From contig JASFRG010000001.1 of assembly GCA_050115035.1 (NCBI GenBank), positions 24,932 through 88,931 on the forward strand: 64,000 nt of DNA, written 5' to 3'. This document shows, one piece after another, positions 21,770 to 30,293 of this stretch. Under the pieces are notes generated by a model, which ran no database searches, was not told the origin of the DNA, and saw only the letters and a list, made by a program, of their open reading frames with translations. The stretch comes from Anaerolineales bacterium. GTDB taxonomy: Bacteria; Chloroflexota; Anaerolineae; Anaerolineales; Villigracilaceae. Each line of letters begins with the position of its first letter. Within the stretch, counting starts at the first letter, position 1. The position numbers and the translations under genes are program-made.

Positions 21770-21929
21770 GGTTTCTTACATCCTCTCAAAGACGCTTATA
21801 GTTCATATCTAGTTGCTGTGAAAACCGATTTTCTTCTTTGTGTTGCGAATCCCACCTGCCTGCCCCCTTTTGGGCATCGGGTACAAGCTGTGGGCACATA
21901 CTGTATCCTCAAAACGTACCTGTTTTAAA

Positions 21930-22313
21930 CTAACCGTTCAAATTTGTGGATGCATGGATCAATGCTTTAATATCGTTCCATGGGGCATCGTCAAATGACG
22001 AAATGTCCATGTGCCGCATATAAAGACGATCCCCTGTAAGCAAAGATTTTGGATCATCCAGGAACACGCCGAGACCGAAACGTAACCTCACATAGCCATC
22101 TCGGATGTCAACAAAGCAGATACCGCCCTTTATGGTACCGCCCTTATCAGGATCGTAAAAGGTGAGCCCGCGAGGGTGGATCCGCTCAGTAGCCAAAGGG
22201 CTCACTCTCATCACAATATTTCTGACTTCAAGCAATAGCTCAACCAAATCCGGTCGTAGAAATCTGAAGGCTTTTTCAATCTCAGCGAGGGAATGGAAGC
22301 GAGTTTTAGTCAT
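21930..22313 (-). CDS. Small DUF1801/YdhG-like protein
   Basis: 127 aa with overall resemblance to the YdhG-like family. Weak recognition only. Confidence 0.55.
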   Translation of the reverse strand: MTKTRFHSLAEIEKAFRFLRPDLVELLLEVRNIVMRVSPLATERIHPRGLTFYDPDKGGTIKGGICFVDIRDGYVRLRFGLGVFLDDPKSLLTGDRLYMRHMDISSFDDAPWNDIKALIHASTNLNG

Positions 22314-22361
22314 GGGAATATGATATTCGGGGAAGTTACCCCATTGGATAACTTCAATTCC

Positions 22362-22742
22362 TCATTCACCACTAGCCGGTAGCTCCCAGAGTTCCACCTT
22401 GTTCCCTTCCGGGTCCATAAACCAGCCAAACTTCCCAAATTCATATTCCTGAATATCGCCTACGATCTCGGCGCCCCCTTCCTTCACCTGTTGGAGTGCC
22501 CCACTCAGATCATCCACGATCAGGTTGAACATGTACTCCTTCGCTGATGGCGCGAAGTAATCAGTTTTGGATTCAAATGCGCTCCATACGGTAACACTAT
22601 CCTTGGGCATGTCCTGATGCGGAAAGGCGAACCCTGACCCCGGCTCTGCTTGAAAACCCAGCCAGCGTTCATACCAATGATATAGTTTCTTTGGATCAAC
22701 TGACTTGAAGAAAATGCCACCGACACCGAGCGCTTTAGCCAT
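22362..22742 (-). CDS. VOC (glyoxalase/bleomycin-resistance fold) family protein
   Basis: 126 aa with the GWFMDPEGNKVELWE C-terminal signature. Confidence 0.75.
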   Translation of the reverse strand: MAKALGVGGIFFKSVDPKKLYHWYERWLGFQAEPGSGFAFPHQDMPKDSVTVWSAFESKTDYFAPSAKEYMFNLIVDDLSGALQQVKEGGAEIVGDIQEYEFGKFGWFMDPEGNKVELWELPASGE

Positions 22743-22800
22743 AGTTAATTACTCCTTGAAGCAGGCGATTTTTTTATTGCCTGGATTTTGCAAAGTATTT

Positions 22801-23226
22801 CTAGCCCTCCGTCAGCTCACCTTCCTTGAGCTGCCACAGATCATTCACGATTTTCCAGGAACCTTCGATCTTTGCGACGTGCAAATAATCAACATACGTG
22901 TGAGATTCAACTTTGACGGAAGCAATGTGCCTGAACGTATCGAAAACGGTAATCTTATAGATTTGATCTTCACTGGCTAAATCACTTTCTCCCCCTTCCT
23001 CTGTCCAGCCAATCAGCATGGCGGCATTGGCTGATCTTCGAAGTCGCATGGTGCCATCCTTCGAATCTCGATATAGAGATCGCTTCACGAGTTCTGGGTG
23101 GAGACTATTCTCCATTCGATCAGCGTCTGCTGAATACCAGGCTTCGATGAATTCACGAGCCACTTCTGTGATAACCTGCACCTCTGCAGAATGCTCACCG
23201 TACTTTTTTTGATCATTTGTTTTCAT
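22801..23226 (-). CDS. NTF2/SnoaL-like (putative lumazine-binding) protein
   Basis: 141 aa, IEAWYSADADRM...HVAKIEGSWKIVN pattern. RBS GAAGGAGA upstream. Confidence 0.7.
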   Translation of the reverse strand: MKTNDQKKYGEHSAEVQVITEVAREFIEAWYSADADRMENSLHPELVKRSLYRDSKDGTMRLRRSANAAMLIGWTEEGGESDLASEDQIYKITVFDTFRHIASVKVESHTYVDYLHVAKIEGSWKIVNDLWQLKEGELTEG

Positions 23227-23269
23227 GGTCTGTCTCCTTCAAAACGAAGTATCAGAACATCATAACATC

Positions 23270-23300
23270 GCCTAACGAGACTGTCGAAAACTCCTAGTGT
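23270..23300 (-). repeat. Junction repeat copy A (minus strand ACTAGGAGTTTTCGACAGTCTCGTTAGGC)
   Basis: Ends in GTTAGGC, which fits the integron core consensus GTTRRRY, 43 nt upstream of the next ORF start. Inverted partner at 23420-23437 plus 25494-25512. Confidence 0.6.
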
Positions 23301-23437
23301 GAAAAACGTTTATATAATTCTCCCACAACAGACTCAAAAACGCCAAAATGTTGCCAGAGCACAAAAACCAGGTGCTTTTCGATGTTTCTGCTCCACTTTT
23401 CAAAATCATTCTTGAAAAGGGACTTTTTCGACAGTTT

Positions 23438-25493
23438 ATCGCGGTAGGACAGCCAGTTACCTGGTTGCCCCCGCACAGATCCCGGCGTGCGGAACTACCG
23501 CACCGGGCTCTTCAGAAATACTCACATCCGCAAAGGCTTTATGCCAGACCAGGGACAAATGCCCTTCTTTCACATCTGGGGCGATGGACGATATAGGGTT
23601 TCACGACACCGAAACGGGTCAATAGCTGCTTGAACCCTTCCCAATTATAGCTTCTACGCTGGCTGCGCTGGTTGAGATACTCCCACAGATAGCGGACTGC
23701 TCGGTAATAGAACTGAGCCAGGCTGGAATAGTTCCCATGCACGCCAAAGTGATTGAAGTACCCTCTCAGTTTAGCATTCAGCAGACTGAACAAATCGGGT
23801 AAACGGCGGTGTCGGTTCTCCTTGCACCATAGCTTGAAGCGCATCAGGGAGTTGTTGAGGCTTTTGCGGGAGGTGCGCTTGTCTACATGTGGCTTACCTG
23901 CCCGATCTTTACCCCAGCGAAACTCGAAACCCAGAAAGTTGAACGGCACACAGCCCTTCTGCCTGGACGGACTGAATGGGATGATGTGCGTTTTCTCGGC
24001 AGAGAGTTCCAGGTTGAATTTCTTCAACCGTTTTCCCAATGACTGGTAGAAACGCTGCGCGTCTTCTACCTTTTCAAAGGCGCAGACAAAATCATCTGCA
24101 TACCTGATCAGACAGGCTTCTCCACTACAGTTTGGGATCACTACTTTATGAAACCACTGATCAAGCACGAAATGCAGGTAGATGTTGGCGAGGATCGGGG
24201 AAACGATCCCACCTTGAGGTGAACCCGTGATCGGGTGTACCACCTTGCCATCCGTTTCCAGCACTCCGGCTTTCAGCCACTTTCCGATCAGCCACAGAAA
24301 CGACTTGTCATCCACTCTTTCAGCCAACATCTTGAACAACCATTCGTGGTCGATGTTATCGAAGTAGCCAGAAATGTCTGCCTCGACCACATAGTTGTAT
24401 CTCCCAAATTGTAGTTTGACGGTTAGTTTGTCCACGGCGTCCAGCACACCGACGCCAGGGCGATAGCCGTAACTACAGTTCAGGAAGTCTTGCTCGAAGA
24501 TGGCTTCCAGTATGCGTTTGACTGCAATTTGCAGCAGCTTGTCTTGGGTGGCCGGTATCCCCAGTGGGCGCCACTTGTTATTCCCTTTTGGAATGTAACG
24601 CCGCAGGATATTCTTGGCTCGGTAGCGTTTCCGTTTCAGTTCTTCCACCAATTGGTGGATATTCGCTTCCAAGTTCTGCCCATATTCATCTGCGCTTACC
24701 CTATCAACGCCGTAGGCGGCGTTTTTGCGGATGTAGCGCCAACTGTCCCTGAGCATGTCCTCATTCAGCAACCTGAACAAGTCACGAAACCGGTACCCCG
24801 GCCGTTCTCTTGCCTTCTTTGCTATGGCTTGCAGTGAGGTTAGCACGCTTGCTTTCCGTTCCGACATGTACGGTTGTGTTCTCCTGTGCAAACTACGTAC
24901 TTCTGTCAGCCCCTTCCCCTTGTGAACGGCTTTCCCGTCTCCGAGTACTATGAGCTGATCTGACTCCCGATTGTTTCTGGCTTCCCTACTTGGTCTTTCG
25001 TTCGGCCTACCCACCTTGCGGCAGGAACGTTCGGGTCTCCCAAGTTCTTGTGCGTTTCTCTCGACACACGCCACGCCTTATGTAAACCCCGGCAGATCCT
25101 CCGAAAGCTCACCAAAACGCTTCCTTTGTGTTGGCTTCTGGGCCGTTGATCCCATCGCCATCTGCTTTTATGGATCGCTCCATCGACGCAATAACGAGGC
25201 TATTTCAGACTTCAGGAAGTGCGGTCTTCCCTATGGCTTACATCGTTCCCTGTGTACGCTTCAGTGATGTCGTTCGGTCGCTGATGTCAGAAGTTTGTGT
25301 CCCTAAATTCAGGCTCGTTGAAGTTGCTGACATCCCTGCTTCAACGCCGAGGTTTTCTCTGCGCGACGGTCACTCCTCAAACCGACCTGAGCGTTCTCCT
25401 TCATCACTGCAACACTCGGTATGAATGGCTGGTTAGGCCTTGTTCAGCAGGGACTTTCACCCTGCAAGAAACGCCAAGCTTCGCTTGGCGCAC
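23438..25493 (-). mobile_element. Complete group II intron (about 2.06 kb) with an endonuclease-less reverse transcriptase/maturase
   Basis: 5' GUGCG at 25493. Domain V GAGCCCGGUGCGGUAGUUCCGCACGCCGGGAUC (23510-23478): 8 bp, a 2-nt bulge, then 5 bp. Domain VI has a GUAA tetraloop and a bulged A 7 nt before the terminal AU at 23438. The IEP ORF lies in domain IV. Confidence 0.9.
23539..24867 (-). CDS. Group II intron reverse transcriptase/maturase (no En domain)
   Basis: RT blocks IPKGNNKWRPLGIP, GYRPG, SPQGGIVSPILANIYL, YADDFV; X/maturase RGYFNHFGV. The ORF is open to 25074, but ATG 24867 (MSERKAS) matches typical IEP N-termini. Confidence 0.9.
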   Translation of the reverse strand: MSERKASVLTSLQAIAKKARERPGYRFRDLFRLLNEDMLRDSWRYIRKNAAYGVDRVSADEYGQNLEANIHQLVEELKRKRYRAKNILRRYIPKGNNKWRPLGIPATQDKLLQIAVKRILEAIFEQDFLNCSYGYRPGVGVLDAVDKLTVKLQFGRYNYVVEADISGYFDNIDHEWLFKMLAERVDDKSFLWLIGKWLKAGVLETDGKVVHPITGSPQGGIVSPILANIYLHFVLDQWFHKVVIPNCSGEACLIRYADDFVCAFEKVEDAQRFYQSLGKRLKKFNLELSAEKTHIIPFSPSRQKGCVPFNFLGFEFRWGKDRAGKPHVDKRTSRKSLNNSLMRFKLWCKENRHRRLPDLFSLLNAKLRGYFNHFGVHGNYSSLAQFYYRAVRYLWEYLNQRSQRRSYNWEGFKQLLTRFGVVKPYIVHRPRCERRAFVPGLA

Positions 25494-25512
25494 CAACGGC
25501 TGGCGTTAGCGG
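25494..25512 (-). repeat. Junction repeat copy C, 5' half (GCTAACGCCAGCCGTTG), split from its 3' continuation at 23420-23437 by the intron
   Basis: After removing the intron, the minus strand reads GCTAACGCCAGCCGTTG^AAACTGTCGAAAAAGTCC. This is the inverted partner of copy A (ACTGTCGAAAA, 11/11). Confidence 0.55.
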
Positions 25513-25695
25513 CTCGTGGGTGGGTGTAGACTATACTCATTATACGGAAAATGCTCAGGTTTTGAATATTGACGTTTTAGCGGCGCGAATCCCACCAGTC
25601 ATCTGTGTTACGCGTTGTTAGACAACCTTACGAAAGGTCAGATTCTTGAACGATCATTGTCTGCTGCTTGATTTTAGACACAAGATAAATTTCAC

Positions 25696-26172
25696 TTAAA
25701 CAAGGTGAAGTAAATAAGCAAAACCTAATATCAGACAGGAAAGTCCAAAACCATTTGCCACGACCAAATACAACCAAACTAAACTTACAGCTTCTTTTTC
25801 TAAAACAGCCACTTCATGAATTTCAGGATTGTAAAAAACATCTACTTTCTTTCCCACTGGATATTCTTTATGAAGATAATCTTGTACAACTTCATAATCA
25901 TTTTTCAACCTATGCGGTAGAGTAACATTGCCACCTATGTACTCCACACCAAGCACCGAATACCGATATTCAACATCGGGGAGGAGTGCTGCTGCGCCAG
26001 CCGGTTTCACATCCGATTGGATAATTACTCCCTGAGTAATCATCCAATCGCTCATGTTTCGGGTTATGAAATAAAGCTTCCAACCAATATAAAGAGAATA
26101 ACAACCTGCAATAATTACTAGGAGGGGGGCTAGGATTGTTGTAATCGTGTTCAAATTACTTACTCCACTCAA
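25696..26172 (-). CDS. DUF3592-like two-TM membrane protein
   Basis: N-terminal TM, a beta-rich middle (VEYRYSVLGVEYIG) and a C-terminal TM. Low-GC gene. TTG start as listed; the exact start is uncertain. Confidence 0.6.
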   Translation of the reverse strand: MSGVSNLNTITTILAPLLVIIAGCYSLYIGWKLYFITRNMSDWMITQGVIIQSDVKPAGAAALLPDVEYRYSVLGVEYIGGNVTLPHRLKNDYEVVQDYLHKEYPVGKKVDVFYNPEIHEVAVLEKEAVSLVWLYLVVANGFGLSCLILGFAYLLHLV

Positions 26173-26198
26173 TTGACATTAGTTTTCAAAAACAGGTT

Positions 26199-26294
26199 GC
26201 CTAACAGTCCGCCTGCCCCGCATGGGGTTTTGCGGGGTCCGCCGCAGATAGCCCCGTCGAGCGTAGTGAGAACGGGGTGCACGCCGTATTGGAC
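26199..26294. repeat. GC-rich hairpin-mosaic repeat, copy 1 (begins GCCTAAC on the plus strand, i.e. GTTAGGC on the minus strand)
   Basis: Hairpins CCCCGCATGGGG/TTTTGCGGGG and CCCCGTCGAGCG..ACGGGG. The right module ACGGGGTGCACGCCGTATTGGACG is shared with copy 2. Confidence 0.65.
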
Positions 26295-26313
26295 GTCGAT
26301 TTGTGGGGGGCTA

Positions 26314-26832
26314 CTATACATTCTCCTTCATGTCAAACCAAACGGCATGACATTTATATTTCTTCTGCAAAAACTGAGGAATTGGATTTGTGTCAATGTC
26401 GATTGTGGCTATTCCTGCGACAATCCCTTTTTCTTTTTCAATTAATTCAATGGCCGCTTGCATTTGAGCGCCAGTTTCAATCCATTCATCAACAACCAAT
26501 GTGTTAGCAAATTCTCGGATAAGTCCTTTTCGTAGTTCAAGTATTTTGTGTTTTCCTGAATAGTCTATAAAGTCTTTTTTGACAGTATCCACAGGCAACT
26601 TACCTTCTTTGCGAATTGGAATGAAACCCTTTTGAAGGTATATTGAAATGGCTGTACCAAGTATGAAACCTAAAGCGTCTATCCCTGCTACATAGTCAAT
26701 CTGTGTTGACGTAAATGGAAGTGAAAGGTCTGTTACTAATTGTGCAAAAGCAACGGGGTTTGCGAATAGCGAAGTAACATCGCAGCGCGGTCCCGAAGTA
26801 TTTGTTTCAATAAGTTGCAAATATTCTTTCAC
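26314..26832 (-). CDS. Phosphoribosyltransferase (APRT-like) family protein
   Basis: VAGIDALGFILG and the PRPP-loop LVVDEWIETGAQM. GTG start. Confidence 0.75.
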   Translation of the reverse strand: MKEYLQLIETNTSGPRCDVTSLFANPVAFAQLVTDLSLPFTSTQIDYVAGIDALGFILGTAISIYLQKGFIPIRKEGKLPVDTVKKDFIDYSGKHKILELRKGLIREFANTLVVDEWIETGAQMQAAIELIEKEKGIVAGIATIDIDTNPIPQFLQKKYKCHAVWFDMKENV

Positions 26833-26886
26833 GATACCTATCTTTCAAAAAGCTAAATGCTAGCCGTCCGCGCGCACGCAATGTTA

Positions 26887-27465
26887 CTAGGAAGATTCTT
26901 TTTTTCTCTTTGGGGTGAATAGATACCTTGGTACCTCTGAGCAATAATTCTCATAGTCCTTTCCAAAAATCCGAGATAGATATTCTTCTTCTGAAATTAT
27001 CATCCAGTGCGATATTATTGCATATATAAGAATCCACCCTATTCCAAAAAGCGATGGCCATTGCATAAAAGCCCCAATAACCAATAGGTAGCCCCCAAGG
27101 ATTTGTGGATTTCTACTTTTTTTGTACGGGCCATGACGAGTTAATCCTTTAACCTTCACGCCGAAGGCTTTTCCGATTCCAAACCAAGCCATAGTTCCAA
27201 AAGCAATAATGAAACCACAACATATTAACCCCAGGCCAAGCATGTGAAAAAAAGGGTTTACCGAACTGTTTTGCTTCCAAAACCATGACCATTCTGGAGG
27301 ATTGTAGAGATATGGAAAGCTGAAAAATCCACAGAATACAAGAAGCTGTAATATAGATCCAAACATGCTAAGTTGTCTATGATCACGATAATCATGTTTA
27401 ACAATTACTCGGAAAACTATATAGGCAAATAAAAGAAGCAAAACCACAATTGAGAGATAGGTCAT
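26887..27465 (-). CDS. Isoprenylcysteine carboxyl / phospholipid methyltransferase-family membrane protein
   Basis: HGPYKKSRNPQILGG...EEEYLSRIFGKDYENYCSEVPRY signature. ATG 27465 sits 1 nt after the upstream stop (TAAtATG). Confidence 0.75.
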   Translation of the reverse strand: MTYLSIVVLLLLFAYIVFRVIVKHDYRDHRQLSMFGSILQLLVFCGFFSFPYLYNPPEWSWFWKQNSSVNPFFHMLGLGLICCGFIIAFGTMAWFGIGKAFGVKVKGLTRHGPYKKSRNPQILGGYLLVIGAFMQWPSLFGIGWILIYAIISHWMIISEEEYLSRIFGKDYENYCSEVPRYLFTPKRKKESS

Positions 27466-27466
27466 A

Positions 27467-28183
27467 TTAGGCAGATTCAAGAGTGCATTGCTCCCACTGC
27501 TCGACGTTTACACCCTTGATCAAAAGCCACAAGTAAAATATAAATTCCCCAATAAACGCAAACAAGCCCAATATCATCGTGTCGAAGTTGGGATATAGAA
27601 AGAATAAAACTGCCTGAATGGAATAGCATATACCCCCAATCATCAATAAGAGGCCTAGTATTCTGGGCAGGAAACCCGACTTGAAAACTAAATAACCGAG
27701 GAGAAGTACCCATAGGGAAAAAATTCCTGGGATAAAAGTTCCATAATTGCGCAACTCAAGAAAGAACATCACTAAAGTATTCAATTGATCTGCTCCGAAT
27801 GCTGTCTGATAGTCAGCAACGGTCGACAGCAGTAGTGCTGCAAAATGGTTTAGCTCATTTAGCATCGTGATAGGGATACTGATCAAAGCGAATATAACCA
27901 TAAGCATCGCTATGCTTTTGTTAACTGGTTTGAGTAACTTGTATAAAACTAGAACCAACAACAGTATGAACATTTGGCGGATGAGATCGCTCACAAGGGA
28001 GAGACGAAATAGCGATTCGGAAGCAACAATATTATTGACCGTTGTTGCCGCATCTCCGGGTACGATAATATCCGGACGAATAAAAAGTTCGGCAGACATC
28101 CCTTGGAAAAATATGATCAGGAACACGATCGCCGCAACTCTTGCGGTCTTTTGGGGTGAATACCTTTTTTCATTTCTAGTCAT
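27467..28183 (-). CDS. DUF4386-like polytopic membrane protein
   Basis: Start ATG 28183 (MTRNEKRY) follows AAGGAGAA. The listed 5' extension to 28507 runs through repeat copy 2. Confidence 0.65.
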   Translation of the reverse strand: MTRNEKRYSPQKTARVAAIVFLIIFFQGMSAELFIRPDIIVPGDAATTVNNIVASESLFRLSLVSDLIRQMFILLLVLVLYKLLKPVNKSIAMLMVIFALISIPITMLNELNHFAALLLSTVADYQTAFGADQLNTLVMFFLELRNYGTFIPGIFSLWVLLLGYLVFKSGFLPRILGLLLMIGGICYSIQAVLFFLYPNFDTMILGLFAFIGEFIFYLWLLIKGVNVEQWEQCTLESA

Positions 28184-28294
28184 CGTATTCTCCTTCTTGG
28201 CTTGTTTTGATTTTGTAATTTTAGCTGTTGTCCATAGCAATCTTACCGAAACGTTAGCAAAACCCAAAGCCATGAAAAAAGACAATAAACGGTG

Positions 28295-28416
28295 AGAATC
28301 CAGCCCACCTGCTCCGCTAGGCCACGCAGGCTTGCGGAGCTTAGCGGAGTGGTTCGGGGGCCGCGCCGTTCTCCCCGCGCTGCAAAGCAGTGACGGGGTG
28401 TCCGCTGTATTGGGCG
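28295..28416. repeat. GC-rich hairpin-mosaic repeat, copy 2
   Basis: CCACCTGCTCCGCTAGG..CTTAGCGGAGTGG long hairpin; CCCCGCGCTGCAAAGCAGTGACGGGG hairpin; right module ACGGGGTGTCCGCTGTATTGGGCG aligns with copy 1. Confidence 0.6.
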
Positions 28417-28473
28417 AGGAAAGAGTGAGAATAATCTCCGATGTTGAGAACAGGAATGAAAGGGCAGTTTCAA

Positions 28474-28767
28474 TCAAAATCTCTTTGGGTTGATAATAGA
28501 AAAGCACTCAACTATGATATAGCATATGTTTGGATTTTGAGTATCCCATGAAATTATTACATTTTGGACAACCCTGATTGCTGCTAACGCGTTTATTCCA
28601 ACAATTACGACAAAATGTTTACACTGACCAAAATTACCACCACACTCAATCATATCTATACAGCAAATTTTATTATGGCATTCTGCACATTTGTATTTTT
28701 CTCCCTTATTGCACCAATTGTAGGGGCGATCACATATTGCACAGTGACCTGCATCGAAAATAGACAT
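28474..28767 (-). CDS. Small Cys-rich (zinc-ribbon-like) protein
   Basis: 97 aa from ATG 28767 (RBS AAGGAGAAG). CxxC pairs: HCAICD, CNKGEKYKCAEC, ICCIDMIEC. Confidence 0.5.
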   Translation of the reverse strand: MSIFDAGHCAICDRPYNWCNKGEKYKCAECHNKICCIDMIECGGNFGQCKHFVVIVGINALAAIRVVQNVIISWDTQNPNICYIIVECFSIINPKRF

Positions 28768-28917
28768 GATCTTCTCCTTTCGATGGCTGGTAATTTGAGC
28801 CTTTGTTATATTCTCCACTATCAGTATACATTTTTTCGTTTTTGGTGCAATAGTGCTGTCTATCGGAAATCCGGTGTGCAATTGATTAACTTTCAATGTC
28901 CATTCCCTTTGCCCCCC

Positions 28918-28950
28918 ACCTAACGAGCCTGTCGAAAAAATCCTAGTCTG
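28918..28950 (-). repeat. Junction repeat copy B (minus strand ACTAGGATTTTTTCGACAGGCTCGTTAGGT)
   Basis: Near-identical to copy A over about 29 nt and ends in GTTAGGT. Lies between two minus-strand ORFs. Confidence 0.6.
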
Positions 28951-28974
28951 AAAGAACTGAAAAAAATTGACGCT

Positions 28975-29619
28975 TCAAGCCTCGAATTTACCTTCCAGAA
29001 CCTTTTGAAACAAATATACACTCGCAGTCTTTTTATAGCCCATACCTTTTTGAAGCTTTTCGAGATAATCCCTTGTGATCTGAATTTGCGACTTTGAGAC
29101 GAAATATTCATCAAGGTTTGTCTCGCTGATTCGATGTTTTCCGTTCCTAACAGAGAACACAGCCCTCAACCGAAAATCATCATCAATGGCAGCCAAACCT
29201 GAGTCCCCATGACTGTTATTTGCCAAAAGGAAACCACCTGATTTTAGAAATGTTTTGCAATGTTGTCCGACAAACCCGGCATATAGCGAAATTAGAAGAT
29301 CAAAAGTCTCGAACGGCTCATCAAAACTATTTCGGTAATCGGCGAAGTGAAAGGTGACTTTCGATGCTTGTGGATACGTCTTTCTTTCAGCGATGAAATT
29401 GAAAATTTCGGGCTTGGTAAAGAATTGCTGCGCTTGTTTGTCGTTGTCCACATAAACTACATCGGGGAAAACGAAGGAAGGTGTGATGTGTATAAAACTA
29501 CCTGGATACAAAGCTCTCTGAACATTGAATGTTTCAGCGATGATTTCAAATAAATCGAGCCGCTCAAATTTTCTATCTTGAAAATACTTTCGATACAACT
29601 CAAGAACGGATTTTGGCAT
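28975..29619 (-). CDS. Hypothetical protein, possibly Rossmann-like methyltransferase fold
   Basis: 214 aa from ATG 29619. DLLISLYAG...SGGFLLANN is loosely reminiscent of class I methyltransferases. Weak call. Confidence 0.5.
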   Translation of the reverse strand: MPKSVLELYRKYFQDRKFERLDLFEIIAETFNVQRALYPGSFIHITPSFVFPDVVYVDNDKQAQQFFTKPEIFNFIAERKTYPQASKVTFHFADYRNSFDEPFETFDLLISLYAGFVGQHCKTFLKSGGFLLANNSHGDSGLAAIDDDFRLRAVFSVRNGKHRISETNLDEYFVSKSQIQITRDYLEKLQKGMGYKKTASVYLFQKVLEGKFEA

Positions 29620-29667
29620 GTCTTTCTTAGTGTTGGGCAACCTTTAAACTACCAAAACGCTGGCGGA

Positions 29668-29841
29668 TTAAAGTTGCTTACTCTCGACAGGTTTAACAAA
29701 AATGAATGCCAAAGCACTTAAAACAGGAATAGCAACAATTAGGAATGCCCATAGAACTTGATTTGTTCCTGTCAGATCCTTACGACGTAAAGCGAATAAC
29801 GCAGCAAGATTGAAAAAAGGCCAGCTACCGAAGATAAGCAT
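29668..29841 (-). CDS. Small membrane protein (PLD-nuclease N-terminal-domain-like)
   Basis: About 57 aa, two TM, LWAFLIVAIPVLSALAFIFV motif. Confidence 0.45.
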   Translation of the reverse strand: MLIFGSWPFFNLAALFALRRKDLTGTNQVLWAFLIVAIPVLSALAFIFVKPVESKQL

Positions 29842-29897
29842 TTGGATAAGCAAAAAGCCTCAGTTAATGCCAATTTCATCCATGACCATACTCCCTG

Positions 29898-30293
29898 TTA
29901 TTTAATAGTCTTGATCAGATTTTTGGTGAAATTGAACAGCAAGGCTAGCCCAATAGCACCTGCAATCAAAAACGGTATCCAGCCGTTCAATGAAGATAGG
30001 TTTCCGTTCAATACTTCGAAAATCGCAAGAATTAGAGGGACGACAAGGACTAACCCTAACACTCCGCTAAAAATCAAGACAATAGGATTATTGATCCTTA
30101 ATTGACCTGCAAATAGGTTTTGAAGGAAAGAGCCGGATACATGCGCGGCTTCAGTACGAGTATCAATTGGATCATAGCCAGAACGGCCATCTCTCGTGCG
30201 ATACCCAGGCCAACCTGGCAAGGCACTTGGATTTTCTCGATTATCTTTTTCGGTTGGAGTTTCAGGTAATTTATAAGCATTCTTTTTGCTCAT
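29898..30293 (-). CDS. Hypothetical two-TM membrane protein
   Basis: 131 aa: polar N-terminus followed by two hydrophobic helices. Low GC. Confidence 0.5.
   Translation of the reverse strand: MSKKNAYKLPETPTEKDNRENPSALPGWPGYRTRDGRSGYDPIDTRTEAAHVSGSFLQNLFAGQLRINNPIVLIFSGVLGLVLVVPLILAIFEVLNGNLSSLNGWIPFLIAGAIGLALLFNFTKNLIKTIK

Noticed and set aside
22314-22361. Hairpin GAAGTTA-N10-TAACTTC as a miniature attC
   Set aside because: It is too short (24 nt), and the GTTA arm precedes the TAAC arm, which is the reverse of the attC R''/R' order. The spacers at 21770-21929 and 22743-22800 likewise show no attC-like ends, and this part has normal GC.
23294-23476. 60-aa minus-strand ORF
   Set aside because: Its N-terminal part is translated from group II intron domains V and VI and crosses the 3' splice site at 23438. 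It is not a gene as drawn. After intron removal an in-frame TAA precedes the remainder.
25494-25623. Alternative 130-nt attC model from GTCTAAC (minus strand, 25623-25617) to GTTG^AAAC at the intron site
   Set aside because: The core-like ends exist, but I could find no complementary L-box pairing between the two halves. I kept it only as a remark under the intron and junction findings.
28184-28507. N-terminal 108-aa extension of the DUF4386 ORF
   Set aside because: It runs through GC-rich repeat copy 2. A strong RBS (AAGGAGAA) precedes the internal ATG at 28183.
28768-28896. TTG-initiated 43-aa extension of the Cys-rich ORF
   Set aside because: There is no RBS at the TTG, whereas AAGGAGAAG precedes ATG 28767.
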